From sequence record NC_070991.1: a stretch of 64,000 bases of DNA. One strand, written 5' to 3'. Position numbers and translations under genes: made by a program. This document shows positions 19,915-30,111 of this stretch, piece after piece. The notes beneath the pieces were generated by a model. It was not told the DNA's origin. It saw only the letters and a program-made list of their open reading frames with translations, and made no database searches. The stretch comes from Escherichia phage vB_EcoP_WFI101126. Every line of letters begins with the position of its first letter. Positions within the stretch are counted from its first letter, which is position 1.

Positions 19915-20697
19915 ATGGCAATTAGAATGGGTATAGAAGAACTAGACCCGATGGTTCAACAGGCTTCAAAGAAGTATGGTATACCAGCTGCTTTGATTCA
20001 TGCTGTAATTCAAAGGGAGTCTAGTGGTCGTCCTAAGGTGGCTTCCGGAACTGGTCCTGTTGGTTTGATGCAGATCAGTAAAGGGTTAGCCAAAGATTAT
20101 GGTTACAAGCTAGAAGATAGGCTTGACCCAGCCAAGAATATCGATATGGGTGCTCGTTACATCAGAGATAACCTGAAAGCTTTTAATGGTGATGTTAGGA
20201 AGGCAATGGTTGGCTACTCAGAGGGAACTGGTGGTGCTAAGCAGATGTTCGCTGGTAAGAAAGGATTTACCCCTCAGGCTCTTGACTCAATGAACAACAA
20301 ACACTTTCTTCCTTTCTATGGTGATGCAGCTTCTCAGATTGCTAACCCTATTGGGGCTTTACAAGCTGTTCAACCAGTTAATCAGTTTAATCCTGACTTG
20401 TTAGACAGAGAGAAGGCTGCACAAGCTCCAACTCAGGCAGAGATTGCTGCTTCTAAGACAGGTGCTTTAGGAGGTAATCCTGTAGAGTTCTACTCTGATG
20501 AAGTGCAGGAAGGAGAAGATCAGAAGCCTCAACAGAACTTTGGTAATGCAGTATTAGGGGTAGCTGCTATGCTTGCTGGTAAACCTCCTACTTCTCAAAC
20601 AGTTCAGAGGGCAAGTGCACCACATGCAGCAGGTTCTCAGTACAGTCCACAAACACAAGCAGTGCTCAGACGTTTGGCTAGCATTGGTGTAAAGTAA
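19915..20697 (+). CDS. virion-associated lytic transglycosylase (SLT domain)
   Basis: ALIHAVIQRESSGRPKVASGTGPVGLMQI matches the SLT E-S...GLMQ catalytic motif. Confidence 0.8.
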   Translation: MAIRMGIEELDPMVQQASKKYGIPAALIHAVIQRESSGRPKVASGTGPVGLMQISKGLAKDYGYKLEDRLDPAKNIDMGARYIRDNLKAFNGDVRKAMVGYSEGTGGAKQMFAGKKGFTPQALDSMNNKHFLPFYGDAASQIANPIGALQAVQPVNQFNPDLLDREKAAQAPTQAEIAASKTGALGGNPVEFYSDEVQEGEDQKPQQNFGNAVLGVAAMLAGKPPTSQTVQRASAPHAAGSQYSPQTQAVLRRLASIGVK

Positions 20698-20716
20698 TAA
20701 TCTTTAAGGAGGACTT

Positions 20717-21769
20717 ATGTCTTTATTTGGAAAATCAGCTTCTAGCAAAACCACAGTGGCTCCTTCCTCTCAGGTTGATGCCCTGCTGAAGCAGATTGTT
20801 GCTAATGCTCAGAATATGCAGAACAACGATCCGGGATTCATTTCCCAACAGCTGGCTGGGTTTAATGGCAACCAACAGGGTGCTCTGAATAATTTGGCAG
20901 CTTCTACAACTCAGAAGCAACTAGCTGATATGTACACGCCTCGTACTCAGCAAGGGTTGGACCAACTAAACTCTCTTGCCCAACAGTATCAGGATATCAT
21001 AAACGGTGGCGGTATAACTGCTGATGGTGTTAATAACTTTAATAAAGGGTTGAATAATTCAGCTCTTGCTCAAGCCACTAGTAAAGCAGCTTCCAACGTA
21101 TCTCTCGGGAATGGCTCTGATTCAGGTTCTCTTCGTAGAGCTGCTGCTCAGGGTGCTGCTTTGAATGGTGCTAATACAAACCTAGCTCGAACTATCAATG
21201 GAAAGAATATGGGAATTAATGCCCTTCAACAAGACCAAAACTTCCAGAGAGGCTTACTTGGTGCTCAGTCGGGGTTAGCTGGACAGAACCTTAATCTTGG
21301 TGCACAAGGTGTTCAGGCAACCCAACAAGCTATCCAGAATCAACTCTTGGCTGGTAATTTACAACAGCTACAAGATCAAGCTCAAGCTGACATTAATTGG
21401 CAGAATGCTATTGGCTCTAGGCAGTATGGATGGAATCAGCTTAACAACCAGCTTAATGTATTAAACAGTGTAAGTCCAATGGCTGGATATACAATTAAGA
21501 ATGCCGCTCCGGGTGTTAACACAGGACAGCAGATTCTTGGTGCTGGTATTACCGGATTAGGTATTGCAGGTCGTATGGGCGCTTTCTCTCCTAACCAACA
21601 GACTCAAAATGCTTGGAGTTCCTATAACAACTCAGGTGGTCAATCTGGAATGGCTGGTCCTATGATTGGAGGTTCTAATCTCTCTCAACAGAGAAGTCAG
21701 TCTAACTGGTTATCCACAGCAGGTAGTAATATCTTAGGTGGCGTCTTAGGGGCATTCGGAGCAAACTAA
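20717..21769 (+). CDS. Q/N/G/A-rich internal virion protein
   Basis: 350 aa low-complexity; N-terminus MSLFGKSASSKTT similar to next gene. Confidence 0.5.
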   Translation: MSLFGKSASSKTTVAPSSQVDALLKQIVANAQNMQNNDPGFISQQLAGFNGNQQGALNNLAASTTQKQLADMYTPRTQQGLDQLNSLAQQYQDIINGGGITADGVNNFNKGLNNSALAQATSKAASNVSLGNGSDSGSLRRAAAQGAALNGANTNLARTINGKNMGINALQQDQNFQRGLLGAQSGLAGQNLNLGAQGVQATQQAIQNQLLAGNLQQLQDQAQADINWQNAIGSRQYGWNQLNNQLNVLNSVSPMAGYTIKNAAPGVNTGQQILGAGITGLGIAGRMGAFSPNQQTQNAWSSYNNSGGQSGMAGPMIGGSNLSQQRSQSNWLSTAGSNILGGVLGAFGAN

Positions 21770-21781
21770 AGGAGATTTAAT

Positions 21782-22750
21782 ATGGCTTTATTTGGAGGAG
21801 GGAATAGTAAAACTACTTCCCAAATGATTCGCCCTGAATACATTCAACAGTATATTGACCAGCTTAATAAGCAGATTGGTAATACCAGTTCAGGGGATTA
21901 TGTTTATCGAGACAATGTAGGGTTTAATAACAACCAGACGGAGGCACTTAACAACTTAGCACAATCTGGTGCTCTAGGAACTCTCTCACAGCAATATATG
22001 GATGCAGCAGGTCAAGGGTTAGGGTATCTGGATAATGCCTATAAAGGTTATCAGAGCCTCTCTGGACAAGGTGGGATTACTGGAGAACAGATTGGTGCTC
22101 TCGCTGGTCAACTGTATGATGACGATGCTGTGCAAGCAGCTATTACAGCTAATAATGAGCAGGTTCAACAGAACTTGGCACGTAATGCGCTTCCTCAGTT
22201 AGCTCAACAGTTTGCTGGTCAACAAGGCTCAGGTGCTCGTATGGCTAAGTCTTTTGCCCAAGGTGATGCTCTGAATCAGATGCAAGGGCAAGCAACAGAT
22301 ATTACCAATAGTGCCTATAACTCTGCTATTAGCCAAGCTGAAAGTATCCTCTCTGGTAATAGGCAGAATCAGGCAGCTGCTCTCTCAGGTCTTTCTAATA
22401 TTGGTTCTAACCTTTCTAACCTAGGTCAGCAGGGTGCTAATTTGTCTCAACAGCAAATGATGAATCAATGGAATGCAGGGTTGCAGCAACAACAGCAACA
22501 ACAGAATGAATATGATAATGCCTACCAGAATGCTCAGAACGCAGCTAATTGGGGATGGCAGGATATCAACAACCAACTCGGTGCAGCAGGTGTACTTAAC
22601 GGTGCTCTCGGACAAACTACAACTACTAAAACATCTGGTGGCAAAGGTGGTTTCCTTGGTGGAGCTATGAGTGGTGCAGCAGCAGGTTCTTCCTTTGGGC
22701 CTTGGGGTGCATTAGCTGGGGGTGTAATCGGTGGGTTGGCTAGTACTTAA
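21782..22750 (+). CDS. Q/N/G/A-rich internal virion protein, paralog of 20717..21769
   Basis: 322 aa; N-terminus MALFGGGNSKTT; shared LNNLA...Q motifs. Confidence 0.5.
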   Translation: MALFGGGNSKTTSQMIRPEYIQQYIDQLNKQIGNTSSGDYVYRDNVGFNNNQTEALNNLAQSGALGTLSQQYMDAAGQGLGYLDNAYKGYQSLSGQGGITGEQIGALAGQLYDDDAVQAAITANNEQVQQNLARNALPQLAQQFAGQQGSGARMAKSFAQGDALNQMQGQATDITNSAYNSAISQAESILSGNRQNQAAALSGLSNIGSNLSNLGQQGANLSQQQMMNQWNAGLQQQQQQQNEYDNAYQNAQNAANWGWQDINNQLGAAGVLNGALGQTTTTKTSGGKGGFLGGAMSGAAAGSSFGPWGALAGGVIGGLAST

Positions 22751-22763
22751 TTAGGAGATAAAT

Positions 22764-23855
22764 ATGCAACAGACAACTTACGCTCAGGTTAGAAGTCGTG
22801 ACCCGAGAAATACTTTCTATGGTGTTAATCCGGGAGCGGCTTCGGCCTCTCCTTATATGGCTAGACCGACTCAGACAGCAGACATTTCTATGTACCAACG
22901 TCCTGCTGTACCTTCATCTCTTGCGGGTCTTGTCTCTCAGGCAGAAGAAGATCAGAATGCTATGATTAATCCGGGATTTCAGCAACGCCTTATGGAACAG
23001 CAGAGTCAAGGAATCCCTACCAGTCTTCAGGGTATTGATATTGGAGCACCAGCCCCTGTAGCGGCTAATCCTAACCTATCCACTGATCAAGGTTTACAAG
23101 ATGCAGGGCTTATGCCTAGTGACCCTCTTCCGGTAACACCTCCCCCTAAACCACTAGAAGCCGGTCCTATGGAATTTACTCCTTCTCAGGTGGAACAGGC
23201 ACAAGGTGTGATTAACACTCTTGCTCAAGGACAAGACACTGGTGATGGGATGACTGCTGCTACTCGTGCTAAAGATCAGGAACGTGTTAACAACGATATC
23301 TTGCAAGTTGCGAAAGCTAAAGACCCTTCGGAAGCTTGGAACAAACTACAGAAAGAACCGTTCTATCAGAACTCTAGTTTCTATACAGGTTTGATGGGTG
23401 TAGGTCTTTCAATCATGTCAGATAAATCTCCTATCGAAGCTTTCCAGATTGGTCAGGGAATGGCTAATCAGGATGAGACTAAGAAGCAACTGGAAGCTAA
23501 CCGTGATGCCCTGATTGAACAAGGTTTCTCTCAAGACTCAATCGCAGCTGCTATTGCTAACGGAGATCCTTCTCTGCTGAAGATGAAAGCTGTAGACCCT
23601 GCTCAGAAAGAAGCGTTGTATGCTGCTCGTGAAGAACGACAGAATGCTGAATGGGACAGACGTCAACAGATTCAAGAGCAGACTATGCGTGAGCGTGCTG
23701 AGGAAACTCGTCGTGCCGCTGAAGAAAGAGCTAATATGAACTTTGAACGTCAGAAAGAGTTGATTGGATATCGTGATCAAGTTAAGGCTGAACGTGCTGA
23801 ACAAGCTGCTCAGAGTTTTAACTTCAACCCGAAAGAAGTCCGTCTTGCGTGCTGA
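22764..23855 (+). CDS. internal virion protein, N-terminal portion of a gene split by a 55-bp tandem duplication
   Basis: Stop TGA 23853-23855 lies in second repeat copy; shares AEQAAQSFNFNPKEVRLA with next ORF. Confidence 0.5.
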   Translation: MQQTTYAQVRSRDPRNTFYGVNPGAASASPYMARPTQTADISMYQRPAVPSSLAGLVSQAEEDQNAMINPGFQQRLMEQQSQGIPTSLQGIDIGAPAPVAANPNLSTDQGLQDAGLMPSDPLPVTPPPKPLEAGPMEFTPSQVEQAQGVINTLAQGQDTGDGMTAATRAKDQERVNNDILQVAKAKDPSEAWNKLQKEPFYQNSSFYTGLMGVGLSIMSDKSPIEAFQIGQGMANQDETKKQLEANRDALIEQGFSQDSIAAAIANGDPSLLKMKAVDPAQKEALYAAREERQNAEWDRRQQIQEQTMRERAEETRRAAEERANMNFERQKELIGYRDQVKAERAEQAAQSFNFNPKEVRLAC

Positions 23856-24474
23856 ACAAGCTGCTCAGAGTTTTAACTTCAACCCGAAAGAAGTCCGTCT
23901 TGCTCAGAATACAGCTGAAGGTACGGTTGCTAAGCAGTGGGCAGAGAAAGGTGGCTTGTTTAACCAGTCCAATAAAGACTTGGACTTGGCTGATAAAGCT
24001 GTTAAGGACAAAGATTATCAGACGGCCCGTTCTGCTTACATGCAGGCTATCATGAACTCCGCAAGGGCTGAAATCGGTGCTACTCGTTCTCTTACCGAAG
24101 AAGACTTGGGACACTTTGCAGAAGACCCATCAATCTTCGTTCGTGTTGGTAACAAGTTTGCACTTAAATCTGGATGGCGTCCTACTGATTCTGCTCTTGC
24201 TTATGCTCGTAAGCAGGCTAACGTTGGTCACACCTCTGCAATGAAAGGTGTTGCTGATGCTAAGAGAGCTACGATTGAAGCTTATATCGGTTCTGGTATG
24301 GATAAGAAGAGAGCTACTGCATTGGTCAACCGTGCAATCCCTTCTGGTGGTTTCTATGACCCTCTAGGTGTTTTCTCTGAACAAGCGGAGGAAGCAGTTG
24401 GTGGTGCAGCAACCAATCCTAAGCTTAATGGTGCTTTATCGGCTGTAGAAGATACTAGCTGGTTCACGCAATAA
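23764..24474 (+). CDS. C-terminal portion of the split internal virion protein (track ORF, TTG start; first ~47 codons probably not native)
   Basis: Frame continues from second repeat copy to 24474; would join upstream ORF if one copy were removed. Confidence 0.45.
   Translation: MDIVIKLRLNVLNKLLRVLTSTRKKSVLRAEQAAQSFNFNPKEVRLAQNTAEGTVAKQWAEKGGLFNQSNKDLDLADKAVKDKDYQTARSAYMQAIMNSARAEIGATRSLTEEDLGHFAEDPSIFVRVGNKFALKSGWRPTDSALAYARKQANVGHTSAMKGVADAKRATIEAYIGSGMDKKRATALVNRAIPSGGFYDPLGVFSEQAEEAVGGAATNPKLNGALSAVEDTSWFTQ
23794..23903 (+). repeat. perfect 55-bp tandem duplication (23794-23848 and 23849-23903)
   Basis: Read directly; the two units are identical base for base. Confidence 0.85.
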
Positions 24475-24481
24475 GACCTAA

Positions 24482-24516
24482 GTCCTGCCTTCTATAATGT
24501 ATATAGGGGGTAGGAC
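24482..24516 (+). promoter_or_regulatory. 8-bp stem hairpin (GTCCTGCC/GGTAGGAC) whose loop carries TAATGTATAT (24495-24504); T-rich tail follows
   Basis: Read directly; about 38 nt upstream of ATG 24542. Confidence 0.4.
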
Positions 24517-24541
24517 ATTTTTATTTATAAAAGGAGACGTT

Positions 24542-27500
24542 ATGGCTAACATTAAACCGTGGGAAGAAGCTTCCAAAGCTCCTGCGTATCTGAATGCCTC
24601 TCCGGAGCAACAAGCTCAAATGAGAGAACAATATAAGGCAGCAGGTGGCTCTATTCCTGAGGAACAACCAGTAGCACAACCACAACAAGAAGAACGTGGT
24701 GCTATAGGTGAGTTTGCTCAAGGTGTGTCAAATGCTCTTCAATCTGGTGGTGCAAATATTGCAGCTAGTGCTGCTAAAGGTATTGGTGGTTTAGTTGAGA
24801 TTGGTGAGAATCTAGCTGGAACACAAACTAGTTATGGTAAGCGTATCCAAGAGAACTCTCAGAACCTTCTGAAAGAACGTATGGATAAGATTGAGGATGG
24901 GGTTGGTAAAACTGTTGGTCAGTATGCTGGCGTTGCTGGTGATATTGGTATGACTGTTGCTAATCCATTGGCTGCTGCTGCTATCATCGCAGGTCGTGAG
25001 ACAGGTCGTGCGTATGCAGACCAAACACCTGAAGAGGGAGAAGATAAATCTATTCTAGATGCGGCCTTAGTTGGTGGTGCTAACTATGCGGCTCAGAGAA
25101 TCCTTCCGGGTGCTGTTGGTACAGCTGAGTCCACACTTGGACGTATCGGTCAGAACGTTGCTAGTAACGCAGTGGCTGGTGCTAAAGGTGGCGCTCTTGT
25201 AGGTGCTGCTGAAGCTCAGAACAAGCATGGAGATGATACAACCTTTGCTAATGTATTAGAGGGTGCTATCGAAGAAGGTGCTATGGGTGCTGCATTTGGT
25301 GGTGCAGTTGGTGGGGTTCATGGTTTGATTAGCCGTCCAGACTCTGCTGTCTTCAAGAATACTCCAGAGTATGCGAAGACTGATATTGCTGCTGATGACG
25401 AACTAATTCGCAGTGCTAAGAATATTGATGAATTGAAAGAAGCCTACTCTAAAGCTGAAACTGCTAACGCTGCTTCTGCTCTGAATCTTCTGGATGAGAA
25501 TGGATTCCGTATTACAGATGCTGTTGCTGTAGATTCTCCTGCTGCTCAGCGTATTCTCAATACTGACCAAGCTCGCGCTGAGAAAGCTGCTTCCATTCAG
25601 AAAGAACATTCCAACATTCCGGGCCTTAACCCTTTAGCTTCTCCTGCTAAGACTCGTGGTAAAGCATTCGCTGATAACGAGCACAACCAGAAGCAGGCTG
25701 TTGCTATGAAGGATGCAATGGCTGATTACACCAAAGACAACACGAAAGCTCTTACAGATGTTCTAGATAATCTAGACCGTGAATTAACATCTCTCCGAGC
25801 TTCTGGTGATTTTACTGGTAGTCCGATTGATATTAAGAATCGTACACAAGCCGACCGTGACTTCATTGATGCTTACAAGACTTTCTACAACGAAGCAAAT
25901 CGATTCAAAGCTCGTGATGGTGAAGACTTTAATAACTTTGTAGAGAAAGCTGCTGAACTACAGAAGATGGCTGATAATGTTTCTCCAGAGATGAAGAAAG
26001 CTATTGGTGGGTTGAAGAAACTGAAAGGTATGCCTGAAGGTTTTAATCCTATCCAAGATGCTTACACTCTGAACAATACAGCTAAGTTCATGAGCAACCA
26101 AGATCGTGGTTGGACTTCCCTGACTGATGATGGATTCCGTGAGGCTTCTTCACCTAGTCTGGTAATGAACACTCTTGGTGCTGCTAAGTATGCTCTGAAT
26201 CGCTTCTCTTCTCAGCGTGCTCGCTCTCAACGTGTTAAGCAACAAGAGTCTAACAGTGAAGCTATCCGCTCTCTTGCTCGTGGTGATTTGGAAGTTGCTC
26301 GTGCTAAATCTACTGCCGAGGAAGCTCGTGCTAGGATGGAAGAAGAACCAGTTGTTGATGACATTAAATTTAAGACGCAAAATGACGTAGAAACCGAACC
26401 GGTTCGGGAGCCTTCTTCTAGTACTGTGACGGAAGAAAATCTTCCTTCTTCTGCTCCTCAAGAAACTCCTCTTACAGCTCGTGATTTAGTTGCTCAAAGA
26501 CGTGCTATCCGTCAGGCTGAACAGCGTCGCGCTGAAGAAGAGGCATTGGCTGCTCAAGAAGCTCCGGTCGAACAAGCTCCACAGGCTGAACCTCTCCCTG
26601 CTCGTAACCCTTTAGAGGAACGTCGTGCAATGGAACAGCAACGTGCTCAAGAAGAGGCCGCACAGGCTCCAGAACCCACCGTAGAGGAACCAACAGTCAA
26701 AGCTGAGCCATTACCTGCCCGTGCTCCTAAAGCTCCTAAGGAGGCTGTACAGGACGTTAAACCGGCAAGTGGTGTAGAACGTTTAGCTGCTATGTCTAGT
26801 GCTGCTCGTCAGGCTACCAAAGATCGTGCAGAACGTTTTGCTCGTTCTCTGTACTCTAAGGCTGCTAAGGCTAAAGCTACTGCTGAAAACTTCTTGGCTT
26901 ATAAAGGTGATCCTAAGGAATTGATGCGTCGTATTCGTCAGGAAGATAATGCTATCAACACTGAACGTCATGAAGAAATGGCTCGTAACCAGCTGGCTTC
27001 TCAGCAAGGTATTGCTACTGCTAAGAACAACACTGTACGAACTAATTTTGCTGAATGGGTTAAAGAACGTGGTCTGCCAGAAGACATTGCTACTAAGGCA
27101 TTACGTGCTGAAGAGAAAGGTTTAGGTGGGAACGTAACTAACTTGGATAGTCTGAAACGTCGTGCTGAAAGGTTGTATCAGAAGCAGCGTGAGGATGAGT
27201 TTGATAGACTGTACCAACAAGCTCTAGAAGAGAATAAAGCTTTCGATAACAAGAATGCTCCTAAGCTGGCTGACCAGAAGAAAGAGCTTCAGTCTGAGAT
27301 TGATGCTTTGATTGATTCAGAACCTTTACGTCCTGCTCAGAAAGATGCTATGCGTAAGCTGATGAATGATTTTGTAGATGGGAAGTTTAAATCTTCAGAG
27401 AAGGCTGGTAGGGAAGAGGCTTTGGAAGTTGGTCAGATGAAGGATATTTGGGATGGGTTTATTAATACCTATAACAGAGAGGTGAATGCCTTCAACAAAG

Positions 27501-28963
27501 CTAACAAGAACTCTCAGTACGAAGCTGCTGCTAAGCATTTACAGGCTCGTGAAGAACGTCTTGCTACACTCAGGAAAAAGGCTCAGGCTCGTTCGGATGC
27601 TAAAGCTGCTGTTGAGAATGAACGTAAAACTCTAGAGGCTATTGCAGCTCAGAAGAGTGAGATTGAGAAGATGATGGAGGGTTTACCTAAACCTGTTCGT
27701 GAGGCTCAGGAATCTCGTACACTGAAACAGTTGGCTGCTCACCACGATAAGAACTCTCCAGTTCCTCCAGAGAAGTTCCGTAGTTATATTGAACGTATTC
27801 ACAACGCCGAGTCAGATTACCTTGATCGTCAGCGTCGTTTAACTGATGCAGAGGAAGATGCTCGTCAGGCTAAGTGGAATAAGATGTATGAGCAAGCGGA
27901 AGAGATGAACCGTAAGTTTGATGTGGACAAGAGAGTTAAGCGCAGTGAAGAGCTTAAAGCGGCCCAAGAACGTGAGAATGACCTTATGGCAGTACAACGT
28001 CAACGTGATGACATTCATCGCCGCCTGATGCGTACTATGGAAGATAAGGGCATATCTAGAGAGGATGCTGAAGCGTTTGCTGGTTCCTACATGGATAACC
28101 GTTATGCACTTCTCGAGAAGCCTATGACTCCAACTGAACATCAGAATGCTCGCTCTCGTATTGAAGCTGATGTTGAGAAGTTCGCTAAGAAGTATGAATC
28201 AATGACTCCTATCGAGAAAGAGATTGTTAAGGTTACTGGAGATACTGAAGGTAAGCTTGATAACTTGGATGCGGATACTAGGAAGGCTATTGAGGAGGCT
28301 CAGAAGGTTGACTCTGATATTAAGAAACTGCAAGAGGAAGAGATGGAGATGGAGAAGATTCGTTCTGCTCTGCCTGATGATGAAAGATCTCAAGCAAATT
28401 CTGATATCTTGGAAAGCATTAAACAACAGGAAGAGGTCTTTGCTGATAAAGTAGAGAAAGCTTTCTTGAGTGGGAAAAGCTTGGATGAGTTGGTTAGTGT
28501 GGCTGAAGTTTTAGACAGGGTTCATGGTGCAGATAAGGCTGGTAACAACCGTCGCTTTGTACGTGCATTGCAGACTGCTGCTGAAAACAAGAAGAAGTAT
28601 GGTGATAATCCAGTAGCTTGGTTTAGTGCTGATGATTACTCTGCCATTGCTAAACTTGGTGCTTCTTCCGCAGGTGGTAACAAATCCAGAGCACTGGAGA
28701 AGATCTTTGGTTCTACAGCTGAACAGGCTAAGAGTAAGTTGCTTGGTAGGGATGATGTAGCGAAGATGAGACGTGTGATTGAAGAAAACCCTGATATCAA
28801 GATTCCTTCTTACAAGACAACGAATCGTACTGAGTACTTGCAGTTCTTGGAGAAGTTTAATGACGAAGGGAAGCCGAAGATTAAACGTGGCTCATTGTCA
28901 GAGAAGCTTGAACGCAGTAAGCGTCAATCGAGACTCCGTGTAAGAGTTCGACCTAAGGAGTGA
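24542..28963 (+). CDS. large internal virion / ejection protein (1473 aa; start corrected from track 24497)
   Basis: AAAGGAG before ATG 24542; Ala/Glu/Lys/Arg-rich, long coiled-coil-like regions; last gene of virion block. Confidence 0.6.
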   Translation: MANIKPWEEASKAPAYLNASPEQQAQMREQYKAAGGSIPEEQPVAQPQQEERGAIGEFAQGVSNALQSGGANIAASAAKGIGGLVEIGENLAGTQTSYGKRIQENSQNLLKERMDKIEDGVGKTVGQYAGVAGDIGMTVANPLAAAAIIAGRETGRAYADQTPEEGEDKSILDAALVGGANYAAQRILPGAVGTAESTLGRIGQNVASNAVAGAKGGALVGAAEAQNKHGDDTTFANVLEGAIEEGAMGAAFGGAVGGVHGLISRPDSAVFKNTPEYAKTDIAADDELIRSAKNIDELKEAYSKAETANAASALNLLDENGFRITDAVAVDSPAAQRILNTDQARAEKAASIQKEHSNIPGLNPLASPAKTRGKAFADNEHNQKQAVAMKDAMADYTKDNTKALTDVLDNLDRELTSLRASGDFTGSPIDIKNRTQADRDFIDAYKTFYNEANRFKARDGEDFNNFVEKAAELQKMADNVSPEMKKAIGGLKKLKGMPEGFNPIQDAYTLNNTAKFMSNQDRGWTSLTDDGFREASSPSLVMNTLGAAKYALNRFSSQRARSQRVKQQESNSEAIRSLARGDLEVARAKSTAEEARARMEEEPVVDDIKFKTQNDVETEPVREPSSSTVTEENLPSSAPQETPLTARDLVAQRRAIRQAEQRRAEEEALAAQEAPVEQAPQAEPLPARNPLEERRAMEQQRAQEEAAQAPEPTVEEPTVKAEPLPARAPKAPKEAVQDVKPASGVERLAAMSSAARQATKDRAERFARSLYSKAAKAKATAENFLAYKGDPKELMRRIRQEDNAINTERHEEMARNQLASQQGIATAKNNTVRTNFAEWVKERGLPEDIATKALRAEEKGLGGNVTNLDSLKRRAERLYQKQREDEFDRLYQQALEENKAFDNKNAPKLADQKKELQSEIDALIDSEPLRPAQKDAMRKLMNDFVDGKFKSSEKAGREEALEVGQMKDIWDGFINTYNREVNAFNKANKNSQYEAAAKHLQAREERLATLRKKAQARSDAKAAVENERKTLEAIAAQKSEIEKMMEGLPKPVREAQESRTLKQLAAHHDKNSPVPPEKFRSYIERIHNAESDYLDRQRRLTDAEEDARQAKWNKMYEQAEEMNRKFDVDKRVKRSEELKAAQERENDLMAVQRQRDDIHRRLMRTMEDKGISREDAEAFAGSYMDNRYALLEKPMTPTEHQNARSRIEADVEKFAKKYESMTPIEKEIVKVTGDTEGKLDNLDADTRKAIEEAQKVDSDIKKLQEEEMEMEKIRSALPDDERSQANSDILESIKQQEEVFADKVEKAFLSGKSLDELVSVAEVLDRVHGADKAGNNRRFVRALQTAAENKKKYGDNPVAWFSADDYSAIAKLGASSAGGNKSRALEKIFGSTAEQAKSKLLGRDDVAKMRRVIEENPDIKIPSYKTTNRTEYLQFLEKFNDEGKPKIKRGSLSEKLERSKRQSRLRVRVRPKE

Positions 28964-28970
28964 TAAAAGA

Positions 28971-28998
28971 AAAGCCCCAACCGAAAGGAAGGGGCTTT
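28971..28998. terminator. bidirectional terminator at the convergence of the two gene blocks
   Basis: AGCCCC/GGGGCT stem with T-rich tracts on both sides. Confidence 0.6.
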
Positions 28999-29153
28999 AT
29001 TTGTTTCTAAGTTTTAAAAACCATCAAATTCGTCATACATCCCAATTTTCTTCAGAGGTCTGGACGTTCATCTTCAAAGCACCCTGAGATTCCTCCGTAG
29101 AACCAATCTGATTTACTTCCAAGAATAACAACCTATTCATTCATATAACCCCC

Positions 29154-29315
29154 TTAGATTGTGTTTATAAAATTAATAAGCTTCTCTTCACTTTCATCAA
29201 AAGCTTTTCCAGCTGCTTCCATCTCCCAAGTATTGGCATTGTCAATAAAGCTCTGAGCTTCTAATAGATCGTGGATTAAGTCGAAGAGTTTATTTTTATC
29301 TGCTTGTGTGATCAT
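29154..29315 (-). CDS. hypothetical small protein (53 aa)
   Basis: Hand-translated; AGGAA Shine-Dalgarno; below ORF-track size cut-off. Confidence 0.3.
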   Translation of the reverse strand: MITQADKNKLFDLIHDLLEAQSFIDNANTWEMEAAGKAFDESEEKLINFINTI

Positions 29316-29323
29316 GTCAGTTC

Positions 29324-29551
29324 CTAGATTAAATCGTAATACTGAATAATGTCAGAGAGTTTGAACTCTCGAATCTCATCTTTCTCTACATCTATCGCTG
29401 TCATAATCCAACAAGGTTTGCCACCGTTATGAAAACGGGAGCTAGCAACGGAGGTTCGGAGTGGAATAACGGACCGGTCAGCAACCTCGCCTCTCCAATT
29501 GCGATAGCGAAAGCGAAGCACTTGTTGCGTAGATTTTTGATCATCACTCAT
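29324..29551 (-). CDS. hypothetical protein (75 aa; internal start of track ORF 29324..29692)
   Basis: ATG 29551 is 2 nt upstream of the HNH stop codon (8-nt gene overlap); longer track version would overlap the HNH gene by 149 nt. Confidence 0.4.
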   Translation of the reverse strand: MSDDQKSTQQVLRFRYRNWRGEVADRSVIPLRTSVASSRFHNGGKPCWIMTAIDVEKDEIREFKLSDIIQYYDLI

Positions 29552-29945
29552 TTCCTTTTTTGAATTGTTTTCTTGCATCATTCTCTTCTTTTGTTTTAAT
29601 CTTATGACAAGGGTCTTTACACAGAACCTGAAAACCTTCTTTCTCACACAGAGCACGAGAGATGATTTCATCCCAAGTTGCTTCATGGTCAAGAGGAACT
29701 ATAGGCTCTATGTGGTCAATAGCCATATCCTTTACAGGGTGGTCAGAACCACACATGGCACACTTAAAGTGCATTGCCAGTCTACCTGTCTTTGGATTAA
29801 TCTTCTGCTCTGTCTTGGCGTCTGCTAGTGCATCGAACATGGGCTTCCACTTTCTAGTCAGAGAACGAATCCCTGACTTGATGAAAGAATTATAACGAGC
29901 TTCAGTCCACATTCCACTACAGCGAGTCTTCTCAGACTTCGCCAT
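29544..29945 (-). CDS. HNH endonuclease
   Basis: CAMCGSDHPVKDMAIDHIEPIV...CKDPCHKIK: Cys pairs flanking H-N-H core. Confidence 0.7.
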   Translation of the reverse strand: MAKSEKTRCSGMWTEARYNSFIKSGIRSLTRKWKPMFDALADAKTEQKINPKTGRLAMHFKCAMCGSDHPVKDMAIDHIEPIVPLDHEATWDEIISRALCEKEGFQVLCKDPCHKIKTKEENDARKQFKKGNE

Positions 29946-30111
29946 AATCAGCTTCTTCCCAAACTCGTTTGTTTACACGATGGCTCACCTTACCCTCACG
30001 AGGAATACGACCAGTTCTCTGATCAAACAGTTGATGCTTGATCTTTTGATCTTTACGAGATTCACGATTGGAAGAGTTTTCATCATATGAACGATAATCA
30101 AATTTACCCAT
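29932..30111 (-). CDS. hypothetical small basic protein (59 aa)
   Basis: Hand-translated; AAGGA Shine-Dalgarno; overlaps HNH start by 14 nt. Confidence 0.3.
   Translation of the reverse strand: MGKFDYRSYDENSSNRESRKDQKIKHQLFDQRTGRIPREGKVSHRVNKRVWEEADYGEV

Noticed and set aside
24497-24541. Track start codon at 24497 for the large virion protein
   Set aside because: The ATG lies inside the TAATGTATAT motif and hairpin loop; ATG 24542 follows AAAGGAG.
24812-28426. Multiple minus-strand ORFs of 60-100 aa inside the 1473-aa virion protein gene
   Set aside because: Antisense to a long continuous ORF; products Ser/Leu/Phe-rich with no motifs.
29324-29692. Long version (122 aa) of the ORF ending at 29324
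   Set aside because: Would overlap the HNH gene by 149 nt in another frame; internal ATG 29551 gives a tidy 8-nt gene overlap.
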